A stretch of DNA of 59,729 nucleotides, counting the filler, from Bipalium vagum (taxonomy: Eukaryota): NCBI GenBank assembly GCA_037834085.1. It is 3 parts of 3 records of this genome, joined end to end, with 100 filler letters (N's around TTAATTAATTAA, not from the genome) between each part and the next. Parts side by side here need not be neighbours in the genome. Positions count along the whole stretch, not along the records: positions 41,319 to 59,729 come from JBBMKC010029782.1; 2 more parts are not named here. One strand, given 5' to 3'. The position numbers and the translations under genes were made by a program. The notes beneath the pieces are model-generated. The model searched no databases and had not been told where the DNA came from. It was given only the letters and a program-made list of their open reading frames with translations. Shown here piece by piece: positions 50,339 to 59,729 of this stretch (within the stretch, counting starts at the first letter, position 1; each line of letters opens with the position of its first letter).

Positions 50339-50339
<1 letters not shown>
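49430..50339 (-). mobile_element. Internally deleted mariner (~910 bp) inserted in a (TAA)n tract
   Basis: TA-ctaggatgatgcaaaagttcgtgctcaaaa ... ttttgagcacaaacttttgcatcacccttg-TA. Minus-strand WFKCFNNGDLNPED, IVTSDEN, WWVPRGQ, WNFEGIFHYEL; the C-terminal half of the catalytic domain is missing. Confidence 0.88.
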
Positions 50340-50390
<51 letters not shown>

Positions 50391-50408
50391 TAATAATAAT
50401 AATAATAA
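50340..50408. repeat. (TAA)n microsatellite flanking a mariner
   Basis: Directly visible. Confidence 0.95.
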
Positions 50409-50699
50409 ATTATAATTAATTAATAATGATAATTGATTAACAGAACAGCAAACTTTAATTTTCAATGAAAAATCATTGTTATATTTTTATAAAGTTTTCC
50501 TAAATCAAATTTAAAGATTGCTTAATATTAATGTACAAAGAAATATGTTTAAGTTGTGTCGATAAAGCAGCTTTACAGCTTTAAAATGTAATAAATCTTT
50601 GACTATTTAGTTTTGCAATAGCTGAACTATTTCCAAGTGTAGATTGACATGTAATATATAAAATTTTAATATAATTATTTTTAGTTTAGATAATACATC

Positions 50700-51450
50700 G
50701 ATTATCAGGCAGTGACAGACTTAGTGTTGAAGAGCGAGTGAAAATCGTTGAATTGGAATATAATTTTAATTCACCCTTAACAATTCAAAGAATATGGAAA
50801 CCTGAAATGCATACTGATCCACCAAATAAAAAAACGATTAATGCAAGATTTTAAAAATTTCTCAAAACTGTGGATGTCTGGATGCCCACAAAAGGACGTC
50901 AACCAAGCAAGAGTGAGAAAAATTTAGATGAAACGATAAATCAACTGTTGCAAGTACAATACATCAATTAGACGGCTGTCCAATTAATGTAATACTTCAC
51001 ATAAAATAGGCTGTAAAACCGTAAATACATTGCATTTTAAACTATACATCCCCAGATGTACAGTCGTTAACAGAAATTAAATTTGACAGGCTAGTGAAGT
51101 TTTGTGAGAAATTCTTCACTCTAATTGATAGAGATGCAAATTTTTGTTTGCTTATTCTGTAGAGCAACGAGGCTTAATTTCATTGTGACGGCTTTTTTAA
51201 CAGAGACAATAGCGTCTATTGATGCTTAAACAATCTTTATATGACAGTAGAGAAGTCGGTCAATTCGCCACGTGTCATGATCTGAGACTATGCTTGAGCA
51301 GGTGGTTTGAATGGACAATATTTCTTCTCCAAAAATTTGAGAGGCACAAATTACTTGAATAAGTTGAAAGCTTATTTTTGAACTGCTTTTAATCAATTAC
51401 TCTCAGCTTCTTCTATGCTCTTAATTCAAAATGGCGCTTCTGTACATTGA
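50700..51450 (+). mobile_element. Truncated DD41D (rosa/Visitor)-like Tc1/mariner relic
   Basis: LSVEERVKIVEL...IQRIW...DPPNKKTI (DUF4817-like N-terminus), SNEA*FHCDGFFNRDNSVY, LIQNGASVH; termini not found. Confidence 0.7.
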
Positions 51451-51647
51451 AGTTATTAAAAATTGTATAAGTTTTGCAATTTTACTTTTTGTTTAATAAA
51501 ATTAAACTCATCCCCTATTTTGCATGAATTAGTATATGTGGTACAATAAATTTATCCTAAATTCATAAAGAACTCAGTATCAGTTGTGTTAATTTAGATA
51601 CAAGAATCATCAATCTTTATAACGCACTAAATCGATGAGTTCATATA

Positions 51648-52810
51648 CAGGGTGTTTATTATGTATGTTAAAATACTTTATTCTTAAATTACAAGTTAAA
51701 AAAGGTCTTACTAATTTGTTTATATGTGTTACAAGTTTAATAATCCATTTATTTAATTTTAAAATAAAATGGCTTTGTGTTTTTAGATGGAAGAAAGAAT
51801 TCAAATTGTTGTATGGAACACCAAATTTGATAATTTTGAAGAAGTAATTAGACATTGGAAAAAGACGTTTATCACTTCAAATACTGGAAAAGTTTAAGAA
51901 GACTGGAAGTATATATGACCAAGTAAGTATATATAACCTCGTTCCGTATTAACAACGAAAACAATTCAAAGAGTGAAAAAATTGATTGAAGAATCTAGCA
52001 ATTTGTCAGTTCGGCAGGGTGCTAGGGAATTTGACATGACTGTAAGCAGTTATTAAAAAGCAATTAATGAAGCAGGTTTTCATTCATTTAGGCCGTCAAC
52101 CGTAATTGAGATCACCAATGATGACTTTGACCGAAGAATTGAATTTGTCAGACAATGTTGGTACAATTCCAAAATGACTCTTCCTTGGTCAACAAGATAA
52201 TATGGTCAGACAAGAGTAAGTACATGCTCAATGGAGTTTTTAACCGCCACAATTAATGCTATTGGTCAAACTCTAACCCTAAAATAACAATTCCTGTTAG
52301 AAACTCCAGGGTTGAGATAACGGTGTGGTTTAAGTTTACAAGGTATCATTGAACCATACTTCTTTGAAGATACGGTAACTGGTGAGTCATACCTGGAGAT
52401 GCTGGAAAAGTTTTTATGGCCTCGAATAACAAGAGGTCGTAAGTACTTACAACACGATGGGGCACCTGCGCACTATTCGCAAAAGTCAGGAACTGGCTAG
52501 ACAAAAAGTTCTCAAATCGCTGGATTGAAAGACGAGATCCAATTGAGTGGCCTCCTCGATCGCCCGATCTAAATTCGCCAGACTTTTCCGGGGATATCTA
52601 AAACAAAATGTGTACAGAGACGGACCTCATACAATCGCTGAGCTCAAGGATAAAATCAGTCATGTTTGTAATGAAGTAAATATTGGAATGTGCCAGCGAG
52701 CATGCCTAAATGTACTGTCTCGATTAACCCATTACCTAACTATCAGCGGGAGTCAAATTATATAATTACATATTGTATTTGTTTTTAAACATGTGTTATT
52801 CAAATAAAAA
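51648..52810 (+). mobile_element. DD41D (rosa/Visitor)-like Tc1/mariner element, decayed
   Basis: TA-cagggtgttt left end. IIWSDKSKYMLNGVFNRHN*CYW, PYFFEDTVTGESYLEML, LQHDGAPAHY, WPPRSPDLNSPDF, GYLKQNVY; right TIR not identified. Confidence 0.85.
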
Positions 52811-52952
52811 AGTATTACCTACTTTATATCTTTACTGTTTGTTAAAATATTTAAAATGAAAGTATTGGAAAGTACAGTATTCCATACCATGTAAATGGAA
52901 TATTATTATTTTATTTATTTTATCAATTCTTTTAGAAAAATTTCATAAAATA

Positions 52953-54171
52953 CTTAGGGTTGCCAGAAAGTCTTGAGACTGTATTTATATAAAATCATAC
53001 AACAAAGCTATTACAAAATTACAATATTTATTAATTATCCATATTCTCCAGCTACACAGTTTGACAATGAGTTTTCAGTTGTCCAAATTCATAAATGACG
53101 CGATCATTTGGAATGTGTTTCATTATACTTGACACAACATCTACGACGTAAAAATTTCTTTTCTCAAGTGCTTTTTGATGAATTTAAACACCCAACTGTC
53201 ACTGATTGAAATCCAGTGAATAAAGAGTTGACATATCAAACTGATTCCACGTTCTTCGAAAAATAGTCGAGTCTCTCCAGCGAAATAAGGACGTGAGTTA
53301 TCATGCATCCAGTGAATTTCATGCTGCAAAACTTTGTGAGTTCTAAATTTTTGCCACTAGTTAATTGTTTCTGTAGTGAACCTGATATAACGCTCAGAAT
53401 CGATGGTTTCATTTATGTCAGTAATATCAATTGAAAACATCTGTAAAAAAAGAAGCAACAATTTTTTTATTAGTATGTGATTGCCTTAGAATTTTTGGAC
53501 GGGGTTCATTTACTTGTTTTTAAATTTCGAAAACTGTGGTATAAAATTTATCTAACTGTCATTAACACTGATAAAACATTGCTTTGTATTATCACCCATA
53601 AATGATAATTATTGCCGTATGTGATTAGCTGAATTTACAAAATCGATTTTTTTTCTTCTCAGATAAAATATGAGGAATCCAGGTGGAGCACACTTTTCGA
53701 ATGTTCAATTCTTCATGAATAATCTTCCTAAAACTTTCTTTTCCAAAGCCCATTTCGAACCAATAACTAAAGTTGACACATGACGATTCTGGTCAAGCAT
53801 TTGCTTCACCTTTGCAACATTTGTGGAGCAGGTAACAGTTAATTGGCGTTCAATTCTTTGAGCATCCTCGAATGATTTTCTTTTTCTGCTTTTAAAATCG
53901 CTGATCCACCGAAACTTGTTGGCCTTGAAGAGGTCTCATGTTTTCACCGCAGTTACTAAATTATTGATAATTTTTGTAGCTGCTTATCCCTCATATGTGT
54001 AGCATTAAAGCGAAAATATAATTGATTTTGTTCCATTCTTTCTGTACACAGAACAACAGACGAAACTACAATTATATTCAACTCATATTATCATCATATT
54101 AAATTGTAAAAAAAATATGTTACTATAACAACAGATTATTAAAAATCTCACAACTTTAATGGGCGTCCAAG
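52953..54171 (-). mobile_element. Full-length degenerate mariner-like element
   Basis: TA-cttagggttgccagaaagtcttgaga ... tctcacaactttaatgggcgtccaag-TA imperfect TIRs. Minus-strand FRWISDFKS...FEDAQR, CSTWIPHIL, WMHDNSRPY. Confidence 0.82.
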
Positions 54172-54439
54172 TATAACATTTCCATCGCTATAATTTCCCA
54201 ATAGATGAAAATAAATATTTTTATACTGAGAAATTTTCATTGTAAAATACTATTTTGTAATTTTTTTAACTTCTGAGAAATTTAATTTTTTCTTATTTGC
54301 ATATTTTAAAAAATTAAATTATTTTAGTTTTAAATGAATAAATAATAATATTAGTTTTTTGAAAAAGGCGTGAAGCATTTTATAATTTTTAAAAACTTTA
54401 TTTATCTATTTACAAAACAAAAATGAGTGAGTTATAATG

Positions 54440-54780
54440 TACCAACTTCGTTCGAAGAACTTTTTCTGAGTTTTAAAATTCCCCTGTTCATAAAAGAACT
54501 GATCTCTGTTTTCGAAAATTTGAATAATGTGCTGTTTGAAATCCTTATCTGAATATTCAGATTCATTTTGGAGAGAAGTAAATGAACGTATGAGATGAGT
54601 TCAGGTGACTATGATGGGTTTGGTAGCATGTCCCATTCAACCATCAATATTTTTACATAGAACATCAAACTTGTGTGTGACCTAGCATTTTTATGACAGA
54701 ACAGAACTCTTTATGTGTTAAAGAGTTCTGAACGTTTCTGAAGAACGGCTTCATTCAAACTTTTCAACTGTCTACAATAT
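54440..54780 (-). mobile_element. Mariner C-terminal fragment
   Basis: Minus-strand VLFCHKNARSH and EWDMLPNPS*SPEL. Confidence 0.6.
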
Positions 54781-56262
54781 ATAATTAAATTGATAGTTGT
54801 TATTATTATTACAATTATTATTATTCTCGTATTTTAAATTTTAAAAAAAATATTATTAACCAGAAAATACATTGACAATCCATTGGCTTTTCAAACAGGA
54901 GAATGTAAAAGCAAATGGAATAAATTAATTTTGACCATTCAGAATTTTACAAAATATTTTAATTAAAAATTAGACTCTTATTTAGGTAATTAAAATTGTA
55001 GTTTTAAATAGGAATGAATAATTGATGAACTAAAAATAGTTCGAAACATGTATCATAATAATAAATGTCTAGAAAAAATAATTTGTTTTCAATTATTGAA
55101 ATGTGTTTATTTAAAAAATAAATTGATGAAGTTCACAAGATTAAACATTATTATGATTATATATTTGATTATAGACTACAAAAAACCATTATTCAAAAAA
55201 TAAGTGACAAGATTATTAAGTAAATCAACAGTCTTAAAAATGAAATTAAAATTAGTTGGAACAATCGATGAAATAAAAGTTGATGTTTAATAAAAATAAA
55301 TTTTTATTACATTTTAATTACATTAAAATGATTTAGATTTCTTAATTTGCCACTAATGTCTGAATTTTAATCGAAAGTCATATCAAAATATATTTCAGAG
55401 ATTGCACTTTAAAATCCCAAGAAGGTTCTTCCCATTTTTTGTGTGTTCAATTATTAACGATTTATAAATAATATTGCATACATTTTTAAATGATATTAAT
55501 ATAGAATATAAAATTATAATTAATATATAAGATCCCTTTTTACAAAAGCTATCAATTTCAATTCAAGGTGCCTGTTGGTTTAAGCGTTATTAGGACAAAC
55601 TTACTGTATGAGACTTAATTCGGAAAAGTTTTATAACAACGTGATGGGCAAGAAATCATGGATGTTAAGGATGATCCACCGCAAACAAAATCAAAGGTAC
55701 ATTTACACTAAAAGTTTGGTGAAATTTCAGGTGACACCTGGTACAAGGATTACTTCGGATGCTTTTTGTTTCAAATTAATAACTTTTGACCTAGTTCAAA
55801 AATTTCAAGTAGCCAGTTTGGTGATCAGCACGATAATACTAACCACATAGATCTTTGGTCACCCGAAATTAATTACTGATTTTTGGGTTGGATTCTTTGA
55901 TACATCTGTTATACTAACTAAATTTGGCTTCACGCTACCATTGATTTAGGTGACTTCAAAATTCTTTAAAGTGGAGACATCTTAGTGATAGTCACTTAAA
56001 ACGCGTTTTGATTTGAATTTTGAAAAAACTAAGTTGTACTCATCGAAAAAATAATTAAATTTGTAAAAAGATAGGAGTTAATTAATCAAAATGATCATTA
56101 CATAATTGAATAAAATTGTTTTTATAATTTTTTATCGTTTGTTTTTCATAAAAAACGAAACAGACTTGTTTGCCAATATATATTCACAAAAAAGTATTCA
56201 AACAAAATTTAAATTGTTTAAAAAAAATTGATAGCGAAATCAAAAAAACAAGTCATAACATT

Positions 56263-59200
56263 TTATTGAACGAAACGATGCAATCCGAAGCTGCGTTCTA
56301 ATTCATCAATGTTAATCTTCTTTCCACCACTTTTTTTCAGAGTCTCGATAAACAATTGGATTATTGTGACGAGCACAGGTCGATTAATGATTTCCCTGAA
56401 ACAATCGAAAAAAGAAGTCAATGAAGCTAAACACACATCCAAAACACAATACTCGTTGCTATTGGTAACACATTGTAGCCACATGACGAACTGGGGGAAT
56501 TTGTATAACATTGGTGCAACTTTTTCAATGGCGACGCAGCGTTTAATGAGAGTCAAAATTATTTTCTGTCAATAACCAAATATCAATATTTATCGATCAA
56601 TTTTCTCAAACTAAAAATCCGCATACCTTCGTGTTCTGCTCCCAGTTGCCGTACGTCGATAAAACATGCGTCAGAACGTGAGAATTCAAGACAACGCGGA
56701 AATCTTCCACGGATTTCACGCTGTCCGCCAGCAGCCCCAGACACCATCCCTGACATAATCGAGCCTGTGGACCGATAAAAAAGATGAAATATCGATCATA
56801 TAAAATCAGATAAAGTCAATATCGACATACGAATACATAAAATCAGATATAAAGAAACAGGCTGCTTACATCGATATCCTTGGAATACATTAGTTTCTGA
56901 AACCCTGGCACGTAACGCAAATCGAACTTCAGATCGTTGGTAAAGATATCAAACAAGGGCATAAATAGCTTTTTGCCTGAAACAAAGACACAGAGATGGA
57001 TAATAACAAAAGGAAAATTGTTTTAAAAACCTTGGGACTCTACAAGTTTGAGCATTCGAATGTAATAATTGGCAAACACCGACGATAATTTGACACAGTG
57101 AAGCGGATTACCATCATCTGGAACTGAGGTAGAGGCGAGCAAGTGAGAAATCAGAAAATCTACCTGGATATATTTTAGGAGATAATCAATACTAATAATA
57201 ATTGTTCAATATTTATAAATGATAAATAAAAGAAATAATAATTGATCAAAACTGGTGATTATTTAATAGCATAACCAACTTTAATGTTCAACGGAAAATC
57301 CTCGTCTTCTTTTACTAAAGTTTCCCTCAGAATCGATAGTAAACTTTGCAGGTACAACCTGCTCTCTAATCGGATATATCGATTTTCACTGGTCTGGCAA
57401 GCAATTAGAAAGGAAAATATCTGTTTTGTGAACAGCGTCTTCATATCGATTCCAGACACCAACTTCAGCTTCTTATCGTTGTCCTCGTCACCCTCATCGC
57501 TTATATTGAAAATCAGTTGGGAAATCCATTTCAATAAGAAAAGTGGATCGTAAATATCAGACTGGGATGGCACCAATTCCAATTGGCTGTTGTCATTGGC
57601 AACGGAACACGGCCGACAGAGAGGGAAATATTTGATTGTACCATTCATTTTTTCGTCTTCAATCAAATTTAGACATTGTGAGTTGACGATAGGACGGTGC
57701 AAATTCGGCTGTCGTCCGTTCTGAAACATGTAGTGTTCCAAGACAACGGTACCAAACAAACTGAAATTGTATTCAGAACACACTCGTGAGCCCAATGTAA
57801 AAAGATGAAAGATCTTTTGATCTATAAAAATAAGCCAATCATTTTCAAAAAATTTCCAATTGATTCTCACCGCTGTGCGACAATGAAGCACCATACACAC
57901 TGATCAATTTCAAAGGATGAACGCGTTCAAAAAAGAAGTTTTTCAAGGTCTGGCTTTGGCTGACAAAGTGGATAATAATGTCCAGAACACAATCTAACAC
58001 AGGACAAAGAAATTTTTTAAAAAACGATCGTTAACTCAAAAAAAACAACTCACTTCTTTTTAGCTCACTGTTACCATATAATTCGTCTTGGTGCAATAAC
58101 AGAGACCAATGTTCGGAAAAGTACTCATCGGTCGTCAAAGCTTCGATGAGCAGACGTCTGTATTTCTTTTTCAACGAAATCTGTTTCTTTAGCATTGACT
58201 CCCCGATCAATTTCAAAAGCCAAATACTCTTTTCTGTTGCACCAATGAAATGCTGGCAGATCTTCTTCAACAAATCTTTCCCGTTTTCTGAATCGGCAAT
58301 GTCGAGCTTTTGCAACTCGTCCACCGTGCTTCGTATTTCTAAAAGTTCACTCATAACACGATAATCAATTGAAATCGATAAAACCAACCATCGTCAATGA
58401 TTTCTTCGGTGCTTTCGTCCTCTTCGTCCCTTTTGCCTGAAATTAACAATTAAATTATCAATCCAATAACACGGTCACCTGGAAACTGCAATTAATTAAT
58501 TGATACTGATTAACTATTGATTTTTAATATTATTGATTATTGTCATTTTTGATTTTATTGATTATTTTTGATAGTATATTACCAGATAATGATTTTAATT
58601 GTACCAAAGTAAAATAATTTAAAAATCAAATTTAATCTTCAATATAAAATCAATAATAAATTTACCAGTCGCGTCTTCGATCGCCGGCGGTTTTGCAAAT
58701 AAATTTTGATCAAGAAATTCTTCGGTGAATAAAATATTCATTTCATATTCCCATCCTAGTGGCGACAAGTTCTTGAAACAAATATGGTTGATCAAAATCC
58801 CGGTTGTTACGTTAAAGACTTACTTTGAGCAGATTTTCCTGCAAATGCTGTCTCAATTCGGTTTTTTTTGATGGAGAATAGATCACGTTTGAGACGTTGA
58901 TCCACGTGAACACTTTCTCGCAAATGTCAAATATCGCATTCCTGAGACCGGCCACACTGTCATCGCACCCAATCGCTATCTAATTAAATAATTTTAAAAA
59001 ATATAGCCATAATATCCCATCCTCATCCTTCTCAACCCAAGAACAAAAAACCAACATTCTCTTCCAATTGCAAAAATTCTCTCAACGTTTTCGACGGCTG
59101 ACACAAAATAAGAGCGACGTCGGTAAACTTTTCTCCCTTCTTGTAGTTCCAGGCTTCGGTGAGAATACTATTTATCCTATCGCAACCCAAAAGTCTGTAG

Positions 59201-59729
59201 CACTGAAACACAGAAAGTTGAAACATAGAAAATGGTGGATATTTGTGCCGTTACCTGGGTAATATAGGGTAAAATCTCGCTCCGGAATTCTGGTTTTCTA
59301 GTCAACATTATCGCTACGAGATGATCAACGAACTGGTTCACCAGATCGGGACAAGCAGTTAAGATCGACATGACTAAATCGAGCTTGTATGAATTGGTAA
59401 AAAAGTCCATCATCGATTCAGATGTCAGAATGTAAAAGAGCTTCCTATTGATGTTGCCCCTGTCGATGATAAGTTACCAGGGAACATTGGAAAACACAAA
59501 ACCCTTACTGTTGTGAGAGACAGAGTAGGTTGTCAACAAATACAATTCCCAATCGATGAGAGGAACAAAGTTCGATGAGCAACGCATGCAATTGAGTATA
59601 GATTTCTAGACAATTTTCATCCATTGTTGTCATGGTATTAAAAGCGTCGTAAGAATTAGCAGCTCCTTTCCAATCGAAGACGGCAAGCAAAAATCGAAGA
59701 TTGGAAACGTTGAAGATTTTCATTTTTAA
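56263..59729 (-). CDS. URB1: URB1/Npa1 nucleolar pre-ribosomal-associated protein 1; 3' part, gene starts beyond the window end
   Basis: Minus-strand exons in one continuous frame: 59729-59509, 59459-59255, 59202-59056, 58979-58824, 58771-58666, 58436-58389, 58338-58054, 57993-57871, 57821-57280, 57163-57031, 56976-56870, 56764-56627, 56565-56263 (stop); 837 aa in window. Motifs vs human: HALLIELCSSHRLGIVFVD (HNFLMDLCCSLKHGINFYD), DLVMSILTACPDLVNQF (DLVVNILKVCPDLLNKYF), YGASLSHSDQKIF (YGATLSVLDQKIL), YDPLFLL (YDPCFLL), and VPGFQKLMYS...WCLGLLADSV (NopRA1 domain). Confidence 0.93.

Noticed and set aside
1-59729. tRNA, rRNA, snRNA or spliced-leader RNA genes
   Set aside because: None recognised by eye; tRNAscan-SE and Infernal/Rfam would be needed to exclude them.

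Overview
This window is very AT-rich nuclear DNA from an invertebrate animal, not a prokaryote. The (TAA)n microsatellites, 42-60 nt mini-introns mixed with multi-kb TE-filled introns, and dense Tc1/mariner load resemble a flatworm, but the taxon cannot be fixed from the sequence. I spliced three host genes by hand, and every intron phase is consistent. (1) The 3' part of a prominin gene (+, 614-15255, 13 exons). (2) A neuregulin/vein-type EGFR ligand with Ig, Ser/Thr spacer, divergent EGF domain, TM helix and cytoplasmic tail (-, 33269-19065, 8 exons; 5' exons unresolved). (3) The 3' part of a strongly shortened URB1/Npa1 ribosome-biogenesis gene (-, 59729-56263, 13 exons). There is also a single-exon ORF for a small tail-anchored protein of unknown family (46116-46454). 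Most remaining sequence is decayed transposons: about 10 mariners, Tc1/IS630-like DD34E, DD41D-like, Tigger/pogo, a Merlin nested in a mariner, a truncated Ty3/Gypsy and probable piggyBac relics. Two N44-TTAATTAATTAA-N44 blocks are artificial contig joins, so adjacency across them is unproven. I found no clear multi-gene novel system. The best leads are the aberrant neuregulin, the miniaturised URB1, the possibly intron-containing Merlin and the orphan membrane protein. All homology calls are motif recognition from memory; no searches were run.
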